Of a stretch of 64,000 nt of DNA, positions 48,762 to 56,648 are shown piece by piece (the first letter of the stretch is position 1; every line of letters begins with the position of its first letter). A model generated the notes under the pieces. It was not told the origin of the DNA. It saw nothing but the letters and a program-made list of their open reading frames with translations, and did no database searches. Position numbers and translations under genes: made by a program. The DNA lies in contig OZ242374.1 of assembly GCA_965209055.1 (NCBI GenBank), positions 3,616,001-3,680,000 on the forward strand. Reading direction: 5' to 3'. The DNA comes from Acidobacteriota bacterium (GTDB taxonomy: Bacteria; Acidobacteriota; UBA6911; RPQK01; JAJDTT01).

Positions 48762-49010
48762 ATGAACGGTGACACGCAGATTTACGTGAGCGGTCGAGAG
48801 TACAAGGTCCCGGGCCAAGTCGTGAGCTATGAGCAGGTCGTGGATATTTGGAACAAGCTGCACAAGGCGGAGAACAAGTACATCATCGGTACGCCCGGCA
48901 TCGACTACGAAGACAATTTGAAAGGCGAGGACGGCGTTCTCCTCCCCGGCAAAGATGTTGAAGTCAAGGACGGCACGAGCTTCTCGGTAGACCCCGAACA
49001 TGTCTCGTAA
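48762..49010 (+). CDS. Multi-ubiquitin-family ubiquitin-like protein (single domain)
   Basis: IYVSGREYKV, VSYEQVV, GVLLPGKDVEVKDGTSFSV pattern; AGGAG RBS. Confidence 0.75.
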   Translation: MNGDTQIYVSGREYKVPGQVVSYEQVVDIWNKLHKAENKYIIGTPGIDYEDNLKGEDGVLLPGKDVEVKDGTSFSVDPEHVS

Positions 49011-50187
49011 GGACCGCCTTTTTGGTTTCGCGAAACAGGCCGGCTTTACAGTCAGGATGGGCTCGGACGTTGTCGTGGCAAAGGACGTCCCATGTCTGCT
49101 TGTGAACGGGAAAGTCAGCTCTTGCACTATCGAAAAATCCTTCGATTCCGAGAGTGAGAAACCGAACACACGTATAGGAGGCGCAGCCCATGGCGTGCGT
49201 ATCACGCCTGATGAAGCCCACGACGGCTGCGTCTACAATGCGGACAGGACGCCTGTCGGGAACCGCATAGGCGGGGATGGGCGGACTTGGTCGAACATTT
49301 CCATTCGGAAGGGCGGCGGAGATTGCCCAGAGGACGACGTGTCAGCATGGGACACGGTCCACCGCTATGCGAAGCAGATCGTCGGCGCCGTCTCTGCGTC
49401 TGGTTTTTACGAACCCGATTCTCTCCGGGACCAAGGTCCGTTCAAGATTCCCAATACTTTCGAGGCACGAGCGGCAATTGGCCCGGTTCAGGATCGCATA
49501 CGCGATCAGCGGATTGCGATCATCGGGTTGGGTGGAACGGGCGCCTACGTTCTGGACCTAATTGCAAAGACGCCGGTGATCGAGATACATCTCTTGGACT
49601 CCGATCACGTTGATTGGCACAATCTCATGCGTGCACCGGGGGCACCTTCTACCGACGAGATTGAGTCCCTGCGGAGGGAGACCCTGCGCAAAGTGGAATA
49701 CTATCGTTCCAAATACTCATCGTTGCGAGAAGGGATCCACTTGCACGTTTCCCGTGTGGTTGGCTCATCTGAGTTTGCTAAGTTTTTGACGGCTTATCCC
49801 ATCGATTTCGCCTTCGTGTGCATCGACCAAGTGGCCGACTCCGACTCACCTCGTCAAGATGCTGTGTACTTTGCGCTCTCGGAAGCGGAGGTACCGTTCA
49901 TAGACTCGGGTGTGAGCATAACGCTGGAGGGCCGCGCGGTCAGAGGCGTCGTGACAACGAGCGTGTATGCCGGAGGCTCTCTGGCATGGAAGGAGGCCAT
50001 ACCGAATGCTAGAGTCCGGGGCAATGTGCCTGGTTATCGCAACGTTCAACTGCCGGAAGTGAACGCGTTGGCGGCGTCACTTGCCGTGATGGAGTGGCGG
50101 CGCCGCACGGAACAGTATGTTTCGGAGTCCACTTCGTTTCTCCATAAGTTCCGCCTTGAGGCGCCGCGGATTGTCAATGTGGGCTGA
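49000..50187 (+). CDS. ThiF/E1-family adenylyltransferase with N-terminal DUF6791-like domain
   Basis: IAIIGLGGTGAYVLDLIAKTPV.EIHLLD.D, HNLMRAPGA, FAFVCID, PFIDSG, NVQLPEVNAL. Confidence 0.82.
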   Translation: MSRKDRLFGFAKQAGFTVRMGSDVVVAKDVPCLLVNGKVSSCTIEKSFDSESEKPNTRIGGAAHGVRITPDEAHDGCVYNADRTPVGNRIGGDGRTWSNISIRKGGGDCPEDDVSAWDTVHRYAKQIVGAVSASGFYEPDSLRDQGPFKIPNTFEARAAIGPVQDRIRDQRIAIIGLGGTGAYVLDLIAKTPVIEIHLLDSDHVDWHNLMRAPGAPSTDEIESLRRETLRKVEYYRSKYSSLREGIHLHVSRVVGSSEFAKFLTAYPIDFAFVCIDQVADSDSPRQDAVYFALSEAEVPFIDSGVSITLEGRAVRGVVTTSVYAGGSLAWKEAIPNARVRGNVPGYRNVQLPEVNALAASLAVMEWRRRTEQYVSESTSFLHKFRLEAPRIVNVG

Positions 50188-50205
50188 CGTGCAGGAATAG
50201 AATCT

Positions 50206-50622
50206 GTGAAACTCCGGCCCATTTTTGTAGACGTATTGCCCGAGTTCAACACAATCAAAGCCGGCGAGCTCTGGATCAGCCACAAGTACCGGACCGTCAA
50301 CCTGCGTTGCCCCTGCGGTTGCGGCAATTTGACGGTGCTGTCGCTCCACCCCAGCCGGTGGCATGTTCACTTCGATGGGAAGTCGGTTTCCCTGGACGGT
50401 CCCACGGGCGGGTCGGTGTGGGCGAATTCGGGCTGCGGCAGCCATTACCTCATACGGAACAACGCTGTGATTTGGGCGGACAGGATCGATCCAGGTTGTC
50501 ATTATCAATATGCCGACATCGAGCGGGCCAGACTGCTTGGCTCGAAACCGAGCCACGAGACTCTTGGTTCACGGATCGGACGTGTATGGCGCCGTCTGTT
50601 GTCAGGGTGCAGGCGCAAGTAG
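50206..50622 (+). CDS. DUF6527-like Cys/His metal-binding protein
   Basis: GELWIS, RCPCGCG, SL....GSV, CGSHYLIRNNAVIW. Confidence 0.75.
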   Translation: MKLRPIFVDVLPEFNTIKAGELWISHKYRTVNLRCPCGCGNLTVLSLHPSRWHVHFDGKSVSLDGPTGGSVWANSGCGSHYLIRNNAVIWADRIDPGCHYQYADIERARLLGSKPSHETLGSRIGRVWRRLLSGCRRK

Positions 50623-50722
50623 CGCGCCTTCCACTCGGAGGCTAACCATTCGGTCCAACGAGCGCAGCCGTGCACGCAACTGGTGCCCGCGACGGAAAAT
50701 GTAAAGGGGCAAGTAGATGACG

Positions 50723-50965
50723 TCAGCCGAACCTCTTCAATCTTCTCGATTTCCCTCGCTCGCGCCTAAGCAATGAGACCATCTCCCGGGTGGAGATGTT
50801 CGCCTTGATTGAGGGAACGTTCAAGGGTGACGTGGGGGTCCCCTCCGGCACAAGAGCATTGGTCCTCCCGTCTCTTCGACGAATGTACACTTTGCCTGTT
50901 GAATCCGCCTCATCCAATACGGTGGAAAGGTCTTGTCTGGCTTCAGTGTGGGTAAAGATTTTCAT
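50723..50965 (-). CDS. Phd/YefM family antitoxin (orphan)
   Basis: MKIFTHTEARQDLSTVLDEA...GKVYIRRRDG. Confidence 0.75.
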   Translation of the reverse strand: MKIFTHTEARQDLSTVLDEADSTGKVYIRRRDGRTNALVPEGTPTSPLNVPSIKANISTREMVSLLRRERGKSRRLKRFG

Positions 50966-51037
50966 TTGAAACCTGCTGAGGCGCCGCTGGATCCGGCTGG
51001 TTTCAATTCCAGTGCCGAACACGACTGTCGGCACTAA

Positions 51038-52227
51038 GGAAGGTCTGATTAAGTCCTCATATGGGGCGAAACAGACCTTGTATCCCTCCCTTTTTCGGAT
51101 CCAGACGCTCTAACCTGGGATTTGCAACCCTGAATTGGTCTTGACCAAGCGATTGCGAGACGGTTTCCCCAGCCTCAAACACAGCCGTGCCGCATTCCGA
51201 TCAGGCGGTCACACCGGAGCGCTCGGCGATCATCAGATTGGCGAATCCCACCAGCAGATAGATCCGTTGGGTGTTTTTCGCCAGCCCGCGGTAGCGCACC
51301 TTGGCGTAGCCGAAATGCCGTTTCAGGTACCCGAACACATGTTCTGCCTTCGCCCGTACCGATGCCTTACGCCGCTCGGCCAACGCCGCCTCACTCTCCG
51401 GCGACAGCTGCCAACGCTTCCCGGGCTTCATCATCACCTGCCAATCCACCGGCCGATCTCGATTCTCCGACCGCTTCTGCACTCCCTGGTATCCGGAATC
51501 CCCCCAAACTTGCGACTCCGAGCCGTGCAGCAATTCGGAGGCCCGCGTCACGTCATGCTCGTTGGCCGGAGCCGTCACCACCGTGTGCGCCACCCCCGTC
51601 TGGGCGTCCACCCCCAGGTGGGCCTTCATTCCGAAATACCACTGTTTTCCCTTTTTCGTCTGGTGCATCTCCGGATCCCGCGCCCGATCCTTGTTTTTCG
51701 TCGAGGAAGGCGCCGCCAGGATACTCGCGTCCACGATCGTCCCCCGGCTCAGCCGCAGGCCTTGACGCTGCAGGTGAGAACCGATCTCCTCGAACAGCGC
51801 CTCCCCCAGACCATGCTCCTCCAGCCGATGACGGAACTTCAGAATCGTCGTCTCGTCCGGCAGCGGCCCTGTGAGCTTCAGACCCACGAACCGCCGCACC
51901 GACTCCACCTCGTAAAGCAGATCCTCCATCCCCGGATCGCTCAGGTTGTAAAACAACTGCACGCAGTGGATCCGCAGCATCGCCGAGAGCGGGTAGGGAC
52001 GCCGGCCCCGTCCCGCTTTCGGGTAAAACGGCTCAATCCGGGCTTCCAACTGCTCCCACGGAATCAACCCGTCCATGCGGACCAGAAACTTCTCCCGACG
52101 GGTCACCCGCTTCTTGGCGTCGTATTCCAGATCTGCGAACGTCCGTTGCGACATCGTCTTTCCCCCCACGCAGTGATGATGAAGGGATTATCGTGCAGAA
52201 CGCTGACTCGACTTAATCAGACCTTCC
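51038..52227 (-). mobile_element. IS5 family insertion sequence
   Basis: Perfect 18 bp terminal IRs GGAAGGTCTGATTAAGTC / GACTTAATCAGACCTTCC; flanks CTAA and CTAG (YTAR-type). Confidence 0.95.
51201..52154 (-). CDS. IS5 family transposase
   Basis: TRREKFL, PDETTI, IVDAS, WYFGMKAH.GVD, WGDSGY, RAKAEH.F, RYRGLAKN. Confidence 0.95.
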   Translation of the reverse strand: MSQRTFADLEYDAKKRVTRREKFLVRMDGLIPWEQLEARIEPFYPKAGRGRRPYPLSAMLRIHCVQLFYNLSDPGMEDLLYEVESVRRFVGLKLTGPLPDETTILKFRHRLEEHGLGEALFEEIGSHLQRQGLRLSRGTIVDASILAAPSSTKNKDRARDPEMHQTKKGKQWYFGMKAHLGVDAQTGVAHTVVTAPANEHDVTRASELLHGSESQVWGDSGYQGVQKRSENRDRPVDWQVMMKPGKRWQLSPESEAALAERRKASVRAKAEHVFGYLKRHFGYAKVRYRGLAKNTQRIYLLVGFANLMIAERSGVTA

Positions 52228-52590
52228 CTAGATCGCCAATGGAACAATCTTCGAGCCCTGTATGGTCCGGTCCCGGGTGAGGAGCGGTACGTTGTGGACG
52301 ATGCTGGTGGCGGCAATGAGCTCGTCCGCCGGATCGCCCTTGAAATCGAGGCGGGTTGACGTGACTGCGACGGCTAGATCGATCGGCCATACCTGCACAC
52401 GGTTCAATGCGCGCACCACTTCGCGATCATTCAGGTCAATATCCACCCGGCCCAGTTGAACCAGTTTGGCCAACTCCCATAGCACGATGGCGGATACAGA
52501 CCACCTGTTGCGTTTCAGCAGAGTCTGCTCGGACGGACGGAGTTCACCAGCGAGGGCACGGACAAGGATGTGCGTATCAAGATTGAGCAT
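52228..52590 (-). CDS. vapC: VapC/PIN domain toxin
   Basis: LDTHIL, SAIVLWE, DPADELIAATS, LLTRD. Confidence 0.88.
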   Translation of the reverse strand: MLNLDTHILVRALAGELRPSEQTLLKRNRWSVSAIVLWELAKLVQLGRVDIDLNDREVVRALNRVQVWPIDLAVAVTSTRLDFKGDPADELIAATSIVHNVPLLTRDRTIQGSKIVPLAI

Positions 52591-52801
52591 CGGCATCCCA
52601 GCGGAGACCGGTCGTCAGGAGGTCGCCCCGTATCTCGATCTTGTGTTCAAGGCTGCCGATCAGGTTGCCGCATTCCTGATCATAGGGAAGGACACGCGCG
52701 ACCGGTTTGCCATGCTTGGTCACGATCAAGCCCTCCGCATCCAGTCGCTCCAACAGGGCCAAGCATTGTTCCTTGAACTTTGCTGCTCCAATTGTCTTCA
52801 T
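52577..52801 (-). CDS. Phd/YefM family antitoxin
   Basis: IGAAKFKEQCLALL, VTKHGKPVARV; overlaps the vapC start. Confidence 0.88.
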   Translation of the reverse strand: MKTIGAAKFKEQCLALLERLDAEGLIVTKHGKPVARVLPYDQECGNLIGSLEHKIEIRGDLLTTGLRWDADAQS

Positions 52802-52818
52802 CGTTCAGCTCCCCGCAT

Positions 52819-52858
52819 AGTGGACATATATTATAACCAGTCATAATAAATGTCTACT
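52819..52858 (-). promoter_or_regulatory. TA promoter within an imperfect palindrome
   Basis: AGTGGACAT..TATTAT-N8-ATAATA..ATGTCTACT; the minus strand reads TAGACA...TATAAT. Confidence 0.6.
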
Positions 52859-52962
52859 TTTCGACTTGCCTTCCATGGCTCGAATCGCGGGGAATCTGCT
52901 AGACTGACGCTCGCCGGACGCCCCGGCCCTGGCCGGCGGCGTTTCTCCGGTCTTCCAGCCGT

Positions 52963-53035
52963 GGGCCGTTAGCTCAGTCGGTAGAGCATCTGCCTTTTAA
53001 GCAGAGGGTCGCTGGTTCGATCCCAGCACGGCCCA
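52963..53035 (+). tRNA. tRNA-Lys(TTT), CCA not encoded
   Basis: GGGCCGT/ACGGCCC acceptor stem, TCTGC-CTTTTAA-GCAGA, GTTCGATCC. Confidence 0.96.
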
Positions 53036-53126
53036 CCCCCGTTTCCGAGAGAAGAAGAGGAAAGCCCTCCCGCCGGTCGCCGGGTCCGCCTTGGTGCTTG
53101 AGCGGGGGACACGAGTGTCCTCTCTA

Positions 53127-53900
53127 CTATTCAAGAGGGGGACTGACAGTCCCCCCTCCCAGGGCTTCGAGGATCAGAACCTCCACCCTGTTCCAGACCT
53201 CGGGATCGCGGTCCATTTTGGCGTGGGCGATTCGGGCCAGGGTCTTGTACCAGGGGAGATCGGACACGTCGATGGGACTCTCCGCGTAGTCGAAGCGGAA
53301 ATTGCCGATAATCTCGGTGCGGCTCGGATCCACAGCCCGAATCGGCGCCTCCCCCCGGATCAGGCGTCCGTTGTCCTGGTAGATGTTGGCCGCGGCGCGG
53401 ACATTGGGAGGAATCATGCCGTCTCCGCGGCCGACGCTGTCCACTTGGACGGTGAGTAGGATCGGCACATTCAGCGCGTCGAGCTGGCGGGCGAACTTGA
53501 CGACGGCGGCTCCTCCGAAGCTCTGTCCGTAAACCACGATACGCGCCTGAAGGCGCTCGGCGGACTGGAGCCGGCCGTCGCGGTTCGCATCCAATGCGGC
53601 GCGGACCAGACGAAGGGCCAGATCCCGCTTCCGGTTCTCGACGGTCTCGATGTGTACTCCCGCAAGGCGTCGGTCACGTAGCCGCTGGGAGATGCGGCCC
53701 ACGCCGACCTCGGTGTTTTTCCAGGAGTCGCGGCCGCCCATGAAACCCAGAATCAGGGTGTCGCCCTGCTTGATGGGAGTGGTTGTGGCGAAGTGGCCAT
53801 ACTGTTGGCCGGAGCGCAGGATGCAGGATGCTGCCGTGGTGGCGGCCAGGAACAGGATTAGGAAGAGCCGGAAAAGCAAGGATCGGGTCATGCCTGACAT
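53127..53900 (-). CDS. Exported hypothetical protein with alpha/beta-hydrolase-like motif
   Basis: Hydrophobic signal ending AASC; YGQSFGG nucleophile elbow. Confidence 0.6.
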   Translation of the reverse strand: MSGMTRSLLFRLFLILFLAATTAASCILRSGQQYGHFATTTPIKQGDTLILGFMGGRDSWKNTEVGVGRISQRLRDRRLAGVHIETVENRKRDLALRLVRAALDANRDGRLQSAERLQARIVVYGQSFGGAAVVKFARQLDALNVPILLTVQVDSVGRGDGMIPPNVRAAANIYQDNGRLIRGEAPIRAVDPSRTEIIGNFRFDYAESPIDVSDLPWYKTLARIAHAKMDRDPEVWNRVEVLILEALGGGTVSPPLE

Positions 53901-55138
53901 CACACGTCCGGAGCCTTGGGCTTGATTTGAAGGTGGACCTGGGACGCCAGTCCCTGCTTGACCTCCAGCACGCGGGCCGTGACCTGTTCCAGCTCCAGCA
54001 CGTCGCCTCTTGCAGGCAGGCGCCCCAGATGGCTCACGATCAGGCCGGAGAGGGTGTCGACATGCGGAGCCTCCAGTTCCAGCTCCAGCTCCTGGTTGAG
54101 CCAGCCCAGAGAGATCTGACCCCGGACCCGGAATCGATCCTGGCCATCGGCCACAATGTCCGGCGCCTCCTGGTCGAACTCGTCCTGAACCGCTCCCACC
54201 AGTTCCTCCAGCACGTTCTCCAGGGTGATGACCCCCACCGCGGTCCCATGTTCGTCCACCACCAGGGCCATGTGGAGGCGTTCGGCCTGCATGCGCCGCA
54301 ACAGCTTGCTCAAGGGCAGGGTTTCCGGGATCGCCGGGAAGGATCGGGCCAGGGAGACCAGGTCCGGGCTCTGATCCCGGGGAACATTGAGGAGATCTTT
54401 GACGTGGATCAGGCCCATGGCGTCATCCAGTGAGGTCCCGCAAAGGGGATAGCGGGAGTGCCGCGTCTGGCGCGCCAGCGCCAGGGCTTCGTCCAGATGA
54501 TCGTCCATCCTCAGAAAGGCGACCTCGCGGCGCGGCACCATGGCTTGGCGGCAGACCATCTCGTCGAAGCGGAAGACGGAGTTCAACAGTTGCAGCTCGG
54601 TGGGGCTCAACTCTCCCGAACGGGCGCCCAACCGGATCATGGAGAGAATCTCCCCCTCGGTCGGCTGGCCCGCCGGGGCCCGGCGGGTCAGCAGCCGGGT
54701 CAGCCCCTCCAGAGACCGGATGACCGGGTAGAAGAGCTTCTCCATGCCCGCCAACGGCCAGACGATGAAGGGCCAGAGCCGGCGCCAATGAACGGCGCCG
54801 TAGGTCTTGGGCAGGATTTCCGACAACAGCAGAATTCCCAGGGTCAGGCCTCCTGAAAAGACCGGGACCCAGGACACCCCCAGGACCTGGGCGGCGTACA
54901 TTCCGGCGATGGTGGCTCCGCCCGTATTGGCGAGGGTGTTCAGGATCAGGATGGCCGAGGTGGGGCGGGCGATGGACGTCTTCATGGTCAGGAAGCGCCG
55001 CGCCAAGTGGCGTCTCCGGCCTTTGGCCCGGGCCGCCTCGAGGCTGGGGACCGTCGTCGAGTACAGAGTCGCCTCGAAGAGCGAGCACAATCCCGAAATA
55101 ATCAATGTGAGCGCGGCCACCGTGAGCAAGGTGCCCAT
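53900..55138 (-). CDS. Hemolysin/CNNM family protein (DUF21-CBS-CorC)
   Basis: SLFEA, SEILPKT, MVPR, HSRYP, VDEHG.AVGVITLENVLEELVG. Confidence 0.9.
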   Translation of the reverse strand: MGTLLTVAALTLIISGLCSLFEATLYSTTVPSLEAARAKGRRRHLARRFLTMKTSIARPTSAILILNTLANTGGATIAGMYAAQVLGVSWVPVFSGGLTLGILLLSEILPKTYGAVHWRRLWPFIVWPLAGMEKLFYPVIRSLEGLTRLLTRRAPAGQPTEGEILSMIRLGARSGELSPTELQLLNSVFRFDEMVCRQAMVPRREVAFLRMDDHLDEALALARQTRHSRYPLCGTSLDDAMGLIHVKDLLNVPRDQSPDLVSLARSFPAIPETLPLSKLLRRMQAERLHMALVVDEHGTAVGVITLENVLEELVGAVQDEFDQEAPDIVADGQDRFRVRGQISLGWLNQELELELEAPHVDTLSGLIVSHLGRLPARGDVLELEQVTARVLEVKQGLASQVHLQIKPKAPDV

Positions 55139-55172
55139 GCCGTAACTCCTTTCTGCGGAGATGAATAGCGGG

Positions 55173-56645
55173 TCAGGAGAGGATCGGTTTCACCAGGTGA
55201 CCATGCACGTCGGTGAGCCTGAAGTCCCGGCCCTGGTACTTGTAGGTCAAGCGGGTGTGGTCGATTCCCAGGCAGTGAAGGATGGTGGCCTGGAGATCAT
55301 GGATGTGGACCGGGTCCCGGGTGATGTTGTAGCTGAAGTCGTCGGTCTCTCCATGGACGATTCCCGGCTGGATGCCCCCTCCGGCCAACCAGATGGTGAA
55401 GCAACGGGGATGATGGTCCCGCCCGTAGTCGTCCTCGGTGAGACGCCCCTGGGAGTAGACCGTTCGTCCGAACTCTCCTCCCCAGATCACCAGGGTGTCC
55501 TCCAGAAGCCCTCGCTCCTTGAGGTCCTGAACCAGGGCGGCCGACGGTTGGTCCGTATCGTAGCACTGGCCCCGGATCTGCTTGGGAAGGCGGTTGTGCT
55601 GATCCCAGCCCCGGTGAAAGAGTTGGATGAACCGTACGCCTCGCTGGGCCAAGCGCCGCGCCAGCAGGCAGTTGGCCGCGAAGGTGCCCGGCTTCCGGGA
55701 CTCGGGGCCGTACAGTTCGAAGATCCGCTCCGGCTCGTCCGAGAGATCGGTCAGATCCGGGACCGACGCCTGCATCCGGTAGGCCATCTCGTACTGAGAG
55801 ATCCGCGTGTTGATCTCGGGGTCGTGGTACTCCCGGGCCTTGAGCTCGTTGAGGCGGCCCAGATCGTCCAGAAAACGCCGACGGCTGGCCCGATTCAAAC
55901 CTGGTGGATTCGAGAGGTACAGGACCGGGTCTCCCACCGACCGGAACTTCACTCCCTGGTAGCGCGTCGGGAGGAAACCGCTGCCCCAGAGCCGGTCGTA
56001 AAGAGGCTGACCGCCGGGTGCGCCCGTTCCCATGGAGACCATGACCACGAATGACGGCAGGTCCTCGGTGTCGCTGCCCAGACCGTAGGAGATCCAGGAG
56101 CCGATGCTGGGCCGGCCGGCCAACTGGGCTCCGGTCTGGAAGAAGGTGACCGCCGGATCGTGATTGATGGCTTCCGTGTGCATCGATTTCACGAAACTGA
56201 TGTCGTCGGCGATCCCGGCCGTATGGGGCATGAGTTCGCTGACCCAAGCACCAGACGGGCCGTGCTGGCCGAACTTGAACAGCGTGGGAGCCACCGGGAA
56301 GCTGGACTGGGTGGCCGTCATGCCGGTCAGGCGCTGCCCTTTGCGGATGGAGTCGGGAAGCTCCGTTCCTCGCAGGTCCTGCAGTGCCGGCTTGTAGTCG
56401 AAAAGCTCCATTTGCGACGGGGCCCCCGATTGAAACAGGTAGATCACCCGTTTGGCGGTGGGGGCGTAATGGGGAAGGCCGGGCAACCCGCCGGCCGTGT
56501 CTTCCGTGGAGGCTCTTCCCAGGGCCGCAGCGCCCAGGTCACGGTTCAGGAGCGTCGCCAGAGCCGCCGTCCCGATGCCTGTGCTCCCCAGCCCGAAGAA
56601 GTGACGCCGGGTCAGGAGCAGACCCATTTCAGGTCGTGGATCCAT
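55173..56645 (-). CDS. DUF1501 family protein with Tat signal
   Basis: [37 protein letters not shown]. Confidence 0.92.
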   Translation of the reverse strand: MDPRPEMGLLLTRRHFFGLGSTGIGTAALATLLNRDLGAAALGRASTEDTAGGLPGLPHYAPTAKRVIYLFQSGAPSQMELFDYKPALQDLRGTELPDSIRKGQRLTGMTATQSSFPVAPTLFKFGQHGPSGAWVSELMPHTAGIADDISFVKSMHTEAINHDPAVTFFQTGAQLAGRPSIGSWISYGLGSDTEDLPSFVVMVSMGTGAPGGQPLYDRLWGSGFLPTRYQGVKFRSVGDPVLYLSNPPGLNRASRRRFLDDLGRLNELKAREYHDPEINTRISQYEMAYRMQASVPDLTDLSDEPERIFELYGPESRKPGTFAANCLLARRLAQRGVRFIQLFHRGWDQHNRLPKQIRGQCYDTDQPSAALVQDLKERGLLEDTLVIWGGEFGRTVYSQGRLTEDDYGRDHHPRCFTIWLAGGGIQPGIVHGETDDFSYNITRDPVHIHDLQATILHCLGIDHTRLTYKYQGRDFRLTDVHGHLVKPILS

Positions 56646-56648
56646 TTC

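Noticed and set aside
53061-53075. GCCCTCCCGCC as attR copy of the tRNA-Ser(GGA) 3' end
   Set aside because: Short, gapped and GC-rich, so likely chance
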